A stretch of DNA of 64,000 nt, from positions 264,984 to 328,983 of the forward strand of contig NZ_BBXE01000013.1 of the NCBI RefSeq assembly GCF_001570565.1. Direction: 5' to 3'. This document shows positions 35,790 through 45,104 of this stretch, piece after piece. Source of the DNA: Herbidospora yilanensis (lineage in GTDB: Bacteria; Actinomycetota; Actinomycetes; Streptosporangiales; Streptosporangiaceae). A model generated the notes under the pieces. It did not search any database. It saw only the letters and a list, made by a program, of their open reading frames with translations, and had not been told where the DNA came from. Both the position numbers and the translations under genes were made by a program. Numbering within the stretch: position 1 is the first letter of the stretch; each line of letters opens with the position of its first letter.

Positions 35790-38102
35790 ATGTATGGGGG
35801 GAACCTCCCCCCAATACTGCTGGACGTGAGCGATTCGGCCGACCTTCCGCAGTTCCCCGGTGTCCTGGACACCGTGCGCGCCTGGCTCTCCTCCGCCGAT
35901 CCCCGGCCCCTCGTGCTGACCGGGCCGCCCGGCAGCGGCACCGCGGCGTTGCTGGCCCGGCTCGGCGAGCACCTCGCCGGAGAGCCGTCCGTCGTCGTCC
36001 GCGACGACCTCTGCGACGACCCCGCCCGGTTGCCGGCGCGGCCGGGTCTCCGCGTGATCACCCGGGCCCGCCGCCGGCACGACGGGCTGCTCTCCCTTCC
36101 GGTGCGGCCCCTGCGCGGCCACGGCCCCGACAGCGAGGTGGTCCGGTACTTCCTGCGGTGCCTGCGCCGCCACGACCCGACCGCCGTCGTCGCGGCCGAG
36201 GACCTGTCCCAGGTGAGCGAGGTCTGCGCGGCCTCGTTCGGGCTGTCCGCCGACGTCGACCTGCTGGCCGGGCTGGTCGCCCGCTACGGCCTGGCGGCCG
36301 TGCGCGACGCGGTCGCCGAGGACCACCAGCGCACCCGGCTGGCCGGGCTGCTCGGCGACGCCCACGGCCACCACGACCTGAGCGGCGACGAGATGGTCGT
36401 GCTGGCCTCGATCCTGGCGCTGCCGGGCGGGGCGAGCGAGAACGTGCTGCGCCACTCGTTGCCGCGGTGCGACATCGGCGGGCTGACCGCCTCCCTGGTC
36501 GAGCGCGGCCTGGTGGTGCGCGCCGAGCCCCGGCGCTGGCACCTGCGGGTGAGCGGCTTCCCGGCGGCGAGCTGGTGCGCCGCGCGGCCGGAGGTGTCGC
36601 TCGACGCGATCCGCCAGGCGCAGGCCGACTACCTGTCGGGCCAGGTCGCGCGGCTGGCCGCGGGTGTCTTCACCGACCACCAGCGGGCCGTGTTCGCCGA
36701 GTTCGACCACGAGCGGCGCAACCTCAACGCCGCCGTCGCCGAACTCGTCGGCGGCGGCCGGTACGCCCAGGCCGTCGCCCTCATGCGGGACGCCCTGCCG
36801 TTGCTGGCCCGCACCTCCGGCGTGGCCGGGCTGCTGCCGCACCTGCTGCCGGTCATCCGCAGGTACGCGCCCGCGACCCCGGCCGAACGGCACACGTTGT
36901 CGCGGCTGGCCGTGCGGGTGTTCGCGGCCGGAGGGGAACAGGAGGCCGCCGCCGTCTGCTTCGACGCGCTGCCGGAGACCGACCCGGACGTGCCGCTGCT
37001 GGCGGCCCTCGTGCACGCCGTGCCCGACCCGGAGGAGCTGGCCGCCTGCGTGCGGACCGCCCGCGAACAGGGCGACGCGGTCCGGCTGGGCGAGTCGGTC
37101 GGCGAGTACGTCGCCTGCCTGGCCCGGCTGCGCCGGTTCGACCGCGCCGACGCCGAATGCCGTACCGCCCTGTTCGAGGCGATGTGCGGCGGGGACGACC
37201 ACGCCGCGGCCTCGTTGCTGCTCTGGCGCGCGGCCGCCGCCACCGCCCTGGCCACCGGCGACAGCCGCCTGTACGTCGAACGGGCCCTCGCCAAGCTGCT
37301 GCCCCTCGGCCCGGCGGCGGCCATGTCGGCCATCGCCGCCGTGGTCGACGGACGCCACCAGCGCGACCTCCAGCAGAGCGCCGTCGACCTGGCGATGGTC
37401 GCCGGGTCGCTCGGCCGGGCCTGCGCGGCCGAGACGGAGCGTCCGGTCGAGGTCGGCGGGCTGCTGACCGGGCGCATCGGCGTCCGGCCGCTGCGCCGCT
37501 GGGTGACGGCGGGAGAGGGGGTCGACCTCGCCGACCTGCTGTGCGAGATCCTCCAGCGCAGGTTCGGCGACGACCCGGCCGCCCCCCGGCCGGTGCCGCA
37601 GGGCTCCGTCGACCCGAGGGTGCTGCGGGAACGGTCGCGGCTGACCGCCCGCGAGTCGGAGGTCGCCGGGCTGGTCGCGACCGGCCTGACGAACAAGCAG
37701 ATCGCCCGCCGGTTGCGCATCTCCGAGTGGACGGTGGTCAACCACCTGCGCCAGGTGATGCGCAAGCTCGACTGCGCCTCCCGGGTCCAGGTCGCCCGCT
37801 GGGTGCACGATCTGGAGGCCGGGTCAGCCCGTCTCGAACCGGCCGACGGCGACGGTGTGCAGCAGGGCCGGGTCGACCAGCGAGGCGAAGTCGGCCGTGA
37901 CGAGGTCGGCGTCCAGCGCGGCCAGCAGCCCGAGGTGCCGGTCGACGTACTCCGGGGGGTCGATGCCGCACGAGAGGAGTTCCGCGTACTGCTGGGTCAC
38001 GGCCAGGGTGGACTCGTACAGTTCGGGCGCGGCGGCGAGCATGCGGTCCCTGACCCGCGTGACCAGCCCCCCGTCGACGTCACCCTCGCGGAGCTGCGTT
38101 AA
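35790..38102 (+). CDS. LuxR-family regulator (N-terminal P-loop-like region, helical repeat middle, C-terminal HTH) with an unusual ~90-aa tail
   Basis: GPPGSGTAALLARL lies near the N-terminus. The LuxR HTH is LTARESEVAGLVATGLTNKQIARRLRISEWTVVNHLRQVMRKL. The frame stays open to TAA 38100-38102, running antisense to the 3' end of the M16 gene. Confidence 0.7.
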   Translation: MYGGNLPPILLDVSDSADLPQFPGVLDTVRAWLSSADPRPLVLTGPPGSGTAALLARLGEHLAGEPSVVVRDDLCDDPARLPARPGLRVITRARRRHDGLLSLPVRPLRGHGPDSEVVRYFLRCLRRHDPTAVVAAEDLSQVSEVCAASFGLSADVDLLAGLVARYGLAAVRDAVAEDHQRTRLAGLLGDAHGHHDLSGDEMVVLASILALPGGASENVLRHSLPRCDIGGLTASLVERGLVVRAEPRRWHLRVSGFPAASWCAARPEVSLDAIRQAQADYLSGQVARLAAGVFTDHQRAVFAEFDHERRNLNAAVAELVGGGRYAQAVALMRDALPLLARTSGVAGLLPHLLPVIRRYAPATPAERHTLSRLAVRVFAAGGEQEAAAVCFDALPETDPDVPLLAALVHAVPDPEELAACVRTAREQGDAVRLGESVGEYVACLARLRRFDRADAECRTALFEAMCGGDDHAAASLLLWRAAAATALATGDSRLYVERALAKLLPLGPAAAMSAIAAVVDGRHQRDLQQSAVDLAMVAGSLGRACAAETERPVEVGGLLTGRIGVRPLRRWVTAGEGVDLADLLCEILQRRFGDDPAAPRPVPQGSVDPRVLRERSRLTARESEVAGLVATGLTNKQIARRLRISEWTVVNHLRQVMRKLDCASRVQVARWVHDLEAGSARLEPADGDGVQQGRVDQRGEVGRDEVGVQRGQQPEVPVDVLRGVDAAREEFRVLLGHGQGGLVQFGRGGEHAVPDPRDQPPVDVTLAELR

Positions 38103-39089
38103 CACCCGGGTGATCGCCTCGGCGGCGGCGGGGGCGCGGCCGGCGTCCACGAAGCCGCTGACGATGAACACCCCGCCGGAGAAGAACGGCATGAACCGGG
38201 CCTCGATGCCGTAGCTGGCCCCCATCCGGCCGCGCAGTTCGCGGTTGAGCAGGGAGTCGGGGCCGCCGCCGAGCAGTTCGCCCGCGACCCGGGCCGACGG
38301 CCAGCGCGGGTCGAGCCGGTCGACCGCGAAGCCGCCCAGCACGAGCCGGGTCTGGGGGCCGCCCCGGCCCGGCCGGTGCGTGCGGCCGGGCGTGTCCGCC
38401 GGGAGCGGCGGGACGTCGGCGAGGGGCAGGTCGTCCCCGGCGGGCACGCCGGCGAACGCCTTCGCGGCGGCGTCGGCGGCGCCGGTCCCGGCCAGGTCGC
38501 CGGCCACGACCAGGGTCATCCGGGCGGCGCCGGGCACGACGGCGGCGACGTCGTCCAGGGTCAGCGTGCGCCAGACCGCCTCGGTGCCGCCGAGCGGGCG
38601 GCCGTACCGGGAGCCGGGGGCCAGCACCGACTCGTGCACGAGTTTGTTGCCGAGCGCGATCGGGTCGTCGGACTCCATGGCCCGTTCGGCCACGACCTGG
38701 CGGCGCAGCGCCTCGAACGAGCGGGCCGTCGGCGTGAAGGGGTGCACCATCGCGGCCATCGCCTCGAACAACCGGGGCAGTTCGGCGGCCGGGCAGTCGC
38801 CCATGACGATCGGGCCCCGGTGCCCGCACCGCGTGGTGACCATCCCGCCCGCCAGGGCGAGGTCGCCGACGGTCCCGTCGCGGTGGTGCGGCGCGTCGGC
38901 GTTGAGCAGCGCCGCGTACGCCGCCACCACCCCCTCGGTCTCCGGGCGTTCGACCGCCGTGGTCGGCAGCAGGATCGACAGGGCGGCGGTGGCGACGTGC
39001 CGTCCGGGCATGTCGGCGAGCAGCACCCGCAGGCCGTTGTCCAGCGTGAACGTCTCCGGCTGCGGGAAACGCCAGGTCACAGGATCCAT
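37824..39089 (-). CDS. M16-family peptidase, non-catalytic (beta-type) subunit
   Basis: Starts MDPVTWRFPQPETFTLDNGLRVLL (ATG 39089). It has the pitrilysin fold pattern but no HxxEH motif. It overlaps the upstream M16 gene by 13 nt. Confidence 0.75.
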   Translation of the reverse strand: MDPVTWRFPQPETFTLDNGLRVLLADMPGRHVATAALSILLPTTAVERPETEGVVAAYAALLNADAPHHRDGTVGDLALAGGMVTTRCGHRGPIVMGDCPAAELPRLFEAMAAMVHPFTPTARSFEALRRQVVAERAMESDDPIALGNKLVHESVLAPGSRYGRPLGGTEAVWRTLTLDDVAAVVPGAARMTLVVAGDLAGTGAADAAAKAFAGVPAGDDLPLADVPPLPADTPGRTHRPGRGGPQTRLVLGGFAVDRLDPRWPSARVAGELLGGGPDSLLNRELRGRMGASYGIEARFMPFFSGGVFIVSGFVDAGRAPAAAEAITRVLTQLREGDVDGGLVTRVRDRMLAAAPELYESTLAVTQQYAELLSCGIDPPEYVDRHLGLLAALDADLVTADFASLVDPALLHTVAVGRFETG

Positions 39090-40258
39090 GAGGGTTCTCC
39101 GGCGGCGTGGAAGGCGACGACCGACGGCCGTGCCATCGGCCCGGCGGCCAGCGCGGCCACCTCGGCGTTGGTGACCCGGCGGACGGCGTCGAGCCGCGTG
39201 GTGACCCCGGCGGCGTCGCCCGACCAGGCGTGTTCCCGGCACAACTCCTCGGCGAGTGTGCGGGCGGCCCCGAGGGCCCCGAGTTGTTCCCTGATGCGCA
39301 GGGCCTTGGCGGCGGCCAGCACGTCGGGCGGCAGCCCGTCGCGGGCCACGGCGGCCAGACGGGCGGCGACGTCCCGTTCGAGCGCGGCCAGGTCGGCCGA
39401 GGCCGGGACCGACAGCTTGACCAGGCCGATCGACGGGCCGAGCGCGCACCGGGCGTGCTGGCCGAGCGCGCCGAGCAGGCCGGGCCGCGAGCCGAGCACC
39501 GACCAGGGGGCGCTGGCCAGCGCCGCCATCACCACCTCGGCGGCGGCCGATCCCGGCGGCAGGGCGAAGGTCAGCCGCACCATGGACGTCGGCTGGCCCT
39601 CCTCGACGTCCTCCCGCGCGCCCAGCGGCTCCCCGGTGACCGGCGGCGGGGCCGGCCGGCCCGAGGGAAACCCGGCCAGGTGGTTCCCGGCGATCTCCAC
39701 GGCCGCGTCGGGGTCGGCCGCGCCGACGACCGACACGACCAGCCGGTCGGCGCCGTAGTGGGCCTCCACGAACGTGGCCACGTCGTCGGGCGTCACGGCG
39801 GCGACCTCGGCGGGGTCGCCGACCGGCGGGCGGCCCGCCGGGTGGTCGCGCCCGAATAACAACCGCAGGCCGCGCCGCAGCCCCGACCCGAACCGGCCGG
39901 GTTCGTCGCGTTCGCGGATCTCCTCCAGCACGATCCGGCGGTGTCCCGCCAGCACGTCCCCGGTCACGCCGCGCCGGCCGCGCCGCACCCGGTCGCCGGC
40001 CTCGGCCAGCATCGCCGGGAGGGTGACCGCCGGGCCGGTCGCCACGTAGTTCGTGGACTCGTAGCCGGTGGTGGCCTGCGCCGAGCCGTTCTCGGACATG
40101 ACGTGCTCGACCACGTGAGCCAGGCCCGACCTGCCGATGGGGTCGTGCAGGGAGCCCGCGCCGTGCCAGGCGTTGACCGCGACGAAGCCGAGCCCCGGGT
40201 CGGGCCGCACGACCAGGGTCGCGCCGCCCGGCAGCCGGCGGGTGACCAGCCCGTCCAT
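39077..40258 (-). CDS. M16-family zinc peptidase, catalytic subunit
   Basis: Starts MDGLVTRRLPGGATLVV. The inverted zincin motif is GLAHVVEHVM (HxxEH), with the downstream Glu in VLEEIRER. The ATG shares 1 nt with the ABC gene stop (TGATG). Confidence 0.8.
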   Translation of the reverse strand: MDGLVTRRLPGGATLVVRPDPGLGFVAVNAWHGAGSLHDPIGRSGLAHVVEHVMSENGSAQATTGYESTNYVATGPAVTLPAMLAEAGDRVRRGRRGVTGDVLAGHRRIVLEEIRERDEPGRFGSGLRRGLRLLFGRDHPAGRPPVGDPAEVAAVTPDDVATFVEAHYGADRLVVSVVGAADPDAAVEIAGNHLAGFPSGRPAPPPVTGEPLGAREDVEEGQPTSMVRLTFALPPGSAAAEVVMAALASAPWSVLGSRPGLLGALGQHARCALGPSIGLVKLSVPASADLAALERDVAARLAAVARDGLPPDVLAAAKALRIREQLGALGAARTLAEELCREHAWSGDAAGVTTRLDAVRRVTNAEVAALAAGPMARPSVVAFHAAGEPSWIL

Positions 40259-41994
40259 CACGCGCCCACGGGGGCGGGGGCCGCCTGGGCGTGCACGAAC
40301 GCCTGGTAGGCGGGGCTGGCCGACGACAACGTGCCGTGGTCGCCCACGGCGGTGACGCGGCCGGCGTCGACGACCACGATCGTGCCGGCCGCGGCGACCG
40401 TCGACAGGCGGTGGGTGACCATCACCACGGCCCGGTCGCGGCCCAGGTCGGCGAGCAGGTCGGTGAGCCGCCGTTCGTTGACGCCGTCCATGTGCGCGGT
40501 CGGTTCGTCGAGCAGCAGGATCTCGGCGTCGGTCAGCAGGGCGCGGGCGATGGACAGGCGCTGCTCCTCGCCGCCGGACATCTGGTCGCCCGCGCCGAGC
40601 ACCGCGTCCAGCCCGGCGGGCAGGGCGCGCACGGCCTGCTCCAGGCCGACGTCGCGCAGCGCGGTCCACAACTCGTCGTCGGACGGGGCGTCCGACCGGC
40701 CCAGCGTCAGGTTCTCGCGCACGGTCATGGACAGGATCGCCGACCCCTGCTCGACCAGGGCGACCCGGCGGCGGGCCTCGGCTGTCGGCCACTCGTGGAG
40801 GGGCGCGCCGAGGAGCTCCACCCGCCCGGCGTCGGTCTCGACGAAGCCCTCCACCACGTTGAGCAGAGTCGACTTGCCCGCTCCCGACGGTCCGACGATC
40901 GCCAGCACCCCGGTGCGCGGCACCTCAAGAGACACCCCGTCGAGCACCGGCTTGCCGCCGAGCGACACCACGACGTCCGAGAGCCGCAGCGCCGGCGCGC
41001 CCGGCGTCACCTCGGGCGCGCGGGCCGCCCCGGCCGGTTCGGTCTCCGCGCCGAGCACCTCGTCGACCCGCCGCGCGGCGGCCTTGCCGACCGCGATCCT
41101 GCCCGCGCCCTGCGCCAGCGCCATCAGCGGGTTGACGAGCTGGAACAGGTACATCAGGAAGGCGATGAACGCCGTGGTCTCCAGCGCGCCCGAGGCCAGG
41201 CGCACCCCGCCCACGGCGAGCACGCCGATGATGGCGACCTGCTGGCCCAGGCCCATCAGCGGGCTGATCGCCGCCTGGGCCCGCGCCGAGCGCACCGCCG
41301 ACGCCGCCGCCTCGCCGATCTCGTTCTCCAGCGGGGCGATGGCCCGGTCCTCCGCCCGGTACGCCTTGACCGTCGTCACCATCGTGAACACCGACTGCGC
41401 GGCCTGGGCCAGCCGGCCGAGCGCGGCCTGCTGCGCCTCGGCCGCCCGGCGCATGCCCGCCAGGAAGGCCCTGATGGCGATCGCGGCCACGACGAACGTG
41501 CCGACCGTCACGGCCAGCATCACCCAGTCGAGGATGCCCATCACGATCAGGTACGCCGTCACCATCACCGCCGAGACCGGCATGACCGTGACGCCCGTGT
41601 CGGTGATCGCGCGCATCTGGGCGGCGTCGGGCCCCATCCGGGAGACCACCTCGCCCACGCCGATCCGCCGGATCACCGGCACCCGCAGGCGCACCGCCCG
41701 GCGCACCACGGCCAGGCGCACGTCCTCGATGGCCCGTTCCCCGGCCGCGCTCAGCAGGTAGGACGACCAGCCTCCGGCGAACGCCCCGGCCAGCACGATC
41801 ACGACGAGCTGCGCCACCGGCCAGACGACGTCCCCGCCCGTCCCGCCGATCACGCCCAGGATGCGGGCGATCAGCAGCGGCGTGACGATCCCGGCCGCGG
41901 CCGAGACCAGGGCGAGCACCACCGAGGCGGCCAGCCGGCCCCGCCGCGCCCTAACCGACCGGGACAACAACCCGAGTGTCGGCGACTCCGCCAT
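40258..41994 (-). CDS. ABC exporter, fused permease + ATPase
   Basis: Six-TM N-terminal half. Walker A is GPSGAGKST, the signature is MSGGEEQR and Walker B is ILLLDEPT. Confidence 0.9.
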   Translation of the reverse strand: MAESPTLGLLSRSVRARRGRLAASVVLALVSAAAGIVTPLLIARILGVIGGTGGDVVWPVAQLVVIVLAGAFAGGWSSYLLSAAGERAIEDVRLAVVRRAVRLRVPVIRRIGVGEVVSRMGPDAAQMRAITDTGVTVMPVSAVMVTAYLIVMGILDWVMLAVTVGTFVVAAIAIRAFLAGMRRAAEAQQAALGRLAQAAQSVFTMVTTVKAYRAEDRAIAPLENEIGEAAASAVRSARAQAAISPLMGLGQQVAIIGVLAVGGVRLASGALETTAFIAFLMYLFQLVNPLMALAQGAGRIAVGKAAARRVDEVLGAETEPAGAARAPEVTPGAPALRLSDVVVSLGGKPVLDGVSLEVPRTGVLAIVGPSGAGKSTLLNVVEGFVETDAGRVELLGAPLHEWPTAEARRRVALVEQGSAILSMTVRENLTLGRSDAPSDDELWTALRDVGLEQAVRALPAGLDAVLGAGDQMSGGEEQRLSIARALLTDAEILLLDEPTAHMDGVNERRLTDLLADLGRDRAVVMVTHRLSTVAAAGTIVVVDAGRVTAVGDHGTLSSASPAYQAFVHAQAAPAPVGA

Positions 41995-42970
41995 CGGACC
42001 CTCCCCTCGCGCGCACGGCGGCGAAGATCTCGCGCAGGTCGCGCATGCACTCGTCCTGGCCGTACATGTTGTTGACCGAGCTGGGGTTGACGACCACCTC
42101 GTCCACCCCCAGGTCGTGGTACTTGGCGATCTCGTCGGCGATGTGGTCGGGGTCGCCGTAGACGTACACCCCGGCCTGGACGAGTTCCCTGGCGCCCGAC
42201 ACCGGGTCGGAGGCGTCCACGTCGAGGCCCGCCCTGCGCAGCATGTCGGTGTAGTGGGGGGCCGACAGGTGGCTGATGCTGCCGTACTGGGCCAGCAGGT
42301 TGGCCGACCGGCCGGGCCGGGCGACGGCCGCGTGCACGACCGACACGATGCGCGGCGGCGGCTGCACCCCGGCCGCGCCCTGCGCGACGGCCGGCATGAC
42401 GACGTCCTCGATGTACTTGAGCGGCGTCAGCCACGTCATCGCGAGGTCGCCGCAGCGGCCGGTGACCCGGGCCATGGCGGGCCGCAGCACCCCCGCGCCG
42501 ATCTCCACCGGCGGGCAGTCCATCGGCGGCAGCGCGGCGTCGACGGTGAAGTGCTCTCCCTTGTGCCGCACGTGCTCGTTGCGGGCCAGCCGGCGGGCGA
42601 CGTCGATGAACTCGCCGACGATCGCGGCCGGTCTGGCGTACGGCTCGCCGCGCAACTGCGTCACGTACTGCGGGTAGGCGGCGCCGTAGCCGATCGCCAC
42701 CGGTTGTCCCATGAGCCGGGCCAGCGACCGGGCCTGCAACGCCGCGTCGTACGGGTGGCGCAGCACGATCAGCCCGACGGCCATGCCGATCGAGATCCGG
42801 CAGCCCGTCCCGGCCAGGTAGGCGACCGCCGGGTGGGACTCGATCCGCAACGACTGCCCGAGCCACAACCGCGCCGCGCCGATCTCCTCGGTCAGCCGGC
42901 CGTACGGGACGATCGTGTCCGGGTCGGTCGGCTGGTGCGGGAACATGAACGACACCTTGCGCGAGCTCAC
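41951..42970 (-). CDS. Luciferase-like (LLM class) flavin/F420-dependent oxidoreductase
   Basis: Begins VSSRKVSFMFPHQPTDPDTIVPYGRLTEEIGAARLWLGQS and ends ...DEIAKYHDLGVDEVVV, giving a TIM-barrel LLM-type pattern. The GTG start overlaps the upstream stop (GTGA). An alternative start is the ATG at MFPHQ. Confidence 0.7.
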   Translation of the reverse strand: MSSRKVSFMFPHQPTDPDTIVPYGRLTEEIGAARLWLGQSLRIESHPAVAYLAGTGCRISIGMAVGLIVLRHPYDAALQARSLARLMGQPVAIGYGAAYPQYVTQLRGEPYARPAAIVGEFIDVARRLARNEHVRHKGEHFTVDAALPPMDCPPVEIGAGVLRPAMARVTGRCGDLAMTWLTPLKYIEDVVMPAVAQGAAGVQPPPRIVSVVHAAVARPGRSANLLAQYGSISHLSAPHYTDMLRRAGLDVDASDPVSGARELVQAGVYVYGDPDHIADEIAKYHDLGVDEVVVNPSSVNNMYGQDECMRDLREIFAAVRARGGSDGGVADTRVVVPVG

Positions 42971-43938
42971 GACGCCACCTCCACCAGCGGGCTGTCGGCG
43001 TTGCGGTGCGGCGCGAGCGGGTCGGCGTTCGCCTCGGCGAGCGCCTCGGCGACGGCCTCGGCCAGGTCGCGGCCGTCGAACAGGTGCCGCGCCACGCCGT
43101 CGGCGACCGCCATCGTGCGGTGCTGGCCCAGGCTCATGCGGTCCCATCCGGGCCGGGTGTCGCGCGGCTCCCAGCCGTACGCGACGCCGTCGGCGATCGG
43201 GCTGGTCATCACCGAGTGGGCCGGGTTCAGGCCGGGCAGGTTCCGCACCGCCGCGACGAGGCCGCCCACGGCGTGCCACGACTCCTCGGTCAGGTAGACG
43301 ACGATCGCGTCCCGCCTCGGATACTGGTCGGCCTTCGCCAGCACCTTCGCCCGGTAGGTCGCCCCGGCGCCCTCCAGCCGACTCAGCACCGCGTGCCACA
43401 CGGCGGGCGCCATCGACGGCTCGTCGACGTGCAGGTAGATCCGCAGCATGTGGCCGCCGGCCCCGTGGCCGCCCGCCGAGCCGTTGACCAGGAAGAACCC
43501 GGGAGAGAGCGTCGGCCTGATCGCGGGCAGCTCCAGCGTGGTGCGGGTGCCGATCTCCGGCAGCGGCGTCGGGCTCTCGCCCCCGGGGATGCGCAGGCGC
43601 ACCCGGCCGACGTCGAAGAGCACGTGCCGGCCGAGCGGGCCGTCGATCATGGCCGACCGAACGACCGCCGGGGTGCGGCTGGTGCGGTGGGGGGTGGCCT
43701 CCCGCAGGAGGTCCTCGAAGTCGTAGTCGCGGCGCGGGTCCCACTCGCCGGTCCTGACGGCCGAGCCGCTGTGCCAGTGGCGGTAGAGCACCGGCCCGAG
43801 GTCCTGGCGCAACCGGGTGCGGTTGTCGCCCGTGACCGTCTCGTCCCCGACGGTCACCGACCGGGTGTCGGGGTCGAGGCGCAGGTCGCCGAGCAGGTGG
43901 TCGAGCCGGTCGAGGAGACCCTGGTGGGCGATGGTCAT
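42967..43938 (-). CDS. HopA1-effector-family protein (class V lanthipeptide LxmX-like putative phospho-Ser/Thr lyase)
   Basis: Starts MTIAHQGLLDRL. It contains LRIYLHVDEPSMAPAVWHAVLSRLEGAGATYRAKVLAKADQYPRRDAIVVYL, which matches my recollection of the HopA1-family core. It lies directly downstream of the kinase across a 2-nt gap. Confidence 0.65.
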   Translation of the reverse strand: MTIAHQGLLDRLDHLLGDLRLDPDTRSVTVGDETVTGDNRTRLRQDLGPVLYRHWHSGSAVRTGEWDPRRDYDFEDLLREATPHRTSRTPAVVRSAMIDGPLGRHVLFDVGRVRLRIPGGESPTPLPEIGTRTTLELPAIRPTLSPGFFLVNGSAGGHGAGGHMLRIYLHVDEPSMAPAVWHAVLSRLEGAGATYRAKVLAKADQYPRRDAIVVYLTEESWHAVGGLVAAVRNLPGLNPAHSVMTSPIADGVAYGWEPRDTRPGWDRMSLGQHRTMAVADGVARHLFDGRDLAEAVAEALAEANADPLAPHRNADSPLVEVAS

Positions 43939-43940
43939 GA

Positions 43941-45098
43941 TCAGTTCTCTCCAAGGCCGATGGTGGGGGCGAACTTCTCCGGCGTCGTGAGCGCGTTGCG
44001 GCCGATCCCGGCCATGCCGCGCTCCACCGCGCTGAGCCGCGCGCCGTGCACGGCGCCCGCGAGCAGCCGGTCGAAGAAGTGCCACCCGATGTAGCCGGTG
44101 GCCCGCACGGCCAGGCCCTCGTCCGGCTCGGCGACCTCCCGGTAGCCCTGCCAGAAGCGGCGGATGTGCTCGCGCACGGCCGACAGGTGCCGGTCGCCCG
44201 CGGCGACGATCGCCTCGTGGGCGGCGCCCGGCGACAGGCCCGTGTCCAGGTCGAGCTCGCGGAACATGCGCGCCACCGCGTGGTGCACGAACTCGCCCGC
44301 GAAGGCCCCGACGTCCCGGGCCGGGTCGTGGTGCCGGAACTCCTCCCAGTCGATGACGTACAGGTCGTCGCCGGAGCACAGGAACTGGTCCAGGCGCAGG
44401 TCGCCGTGGGTGACGGTGGCGGGGGCGGCGGCCGAGACCCGGTGCAGCGCGGCGAGCGCCTCGACCAGCACCTTGTCGTGCTGGAGCAGCGCCCACGCCT
44501 CGACCTCGCCGCCGCTGCAGTTGGCGTAGTCCTCGGGGCTCAGCGCGTAGAAGGCGTTGGCCCGGCGGTCGTCGGCCGACTCGGGCAGGTCCTCGGCGCG
44601 CGGCAGCGAGTGCACCTCGCCCAGCACCCGGCCCATCCGGTGGGCCAGCTCGACGTCGAGCTCCCCGGCCGCCAGCAGGTCGGAGGCGGCGCGGGAGTCC
44701 GGCACGTACTCGAAGACCAGCAGGCATTCGCCGGCGTCGGCGCCGTGGAAGGCCGGCACCCGCAGCTCGGCCGTCGCACGGCCGGCGATCAGCCGCTGGA
44801 AGGCCAGCACCCGGTCCATCCGGGCGGCGGCGTGCGCGCGGTCCCCCCGCAGGCGCTTGACGAACAGGTCGGGTCCCTCGGCGGTCGGCACCAGCCAGTT
44901 GTCGTTGCGGCCGAGGAAGCCGCGCATGCCCTCCACGATGGGCGTGGCCCCGCTGAGCGAGGCGACCGCCTGGACGAACTCCTCCGGGCGCGACACCGGC
45001 CGGGCCGCGACCAGCCGGGTCGTCTGTGTTTCCTCTTTCACGTCCATGCGCCGAAATCTATGGACGCGGAAAGGCCCCGCGACATCCCAGGAAAGCAC
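43941..45098 (-). CDS. Aminoglycoside-phosphotransferase-fold kinase (class V lanthipeptide LxmK-like)
   Basis: The catalytic loop is THGDLRLDQFL and the metal-binding motif is VIDWEEF. An alternative start is ATG 45047 (MDVKEETQ). Confidence 0.75.
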   Translation of the reverse strand: MLSWDVAGPFRVHRFRRMDVKEETQTTRLVAARPVSRPEEFVQAVASLSGATPIVEGMRGFLGRNDNWLVPTAEGPDLFVKRLRGDRAHAAARMDRVLAFQRLIAGRATAELRVPAFHGADAGECLLVFEYVPDSRAASDLLAAGELDVELAHRMGRVLGEVHSLPRAEDLPESADDRRANAFYALSPEDYANCSGGEVEAWALLQHDKVLVEALAALHRVSAAAPATVTHGDLRLDQFLCSGDDLYVIDWEEFRHHDPARDVGAFAGEFVHHAVARMFRELDLDTGLSPGAAHEAIVAAGDRHLSAVREHIRRFWQGYREVAEPDEGLAVRATGYIGWHFFDRLLAGAVHGARLSAVERGMAGIGRNALTTPEKFAPTIGLGEN

Positions 45099-45104
45099 CG
45101 GCAG

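Noticed and set aside
35144-37900. ORFs 35144..37900 +, 35742..37808 - and 36629..37765 -
   Set aside because: They are shadow frames of the uridine-kinase-like and LuxR-type genes, Arg/Pro/Gly-rich and without motifs.
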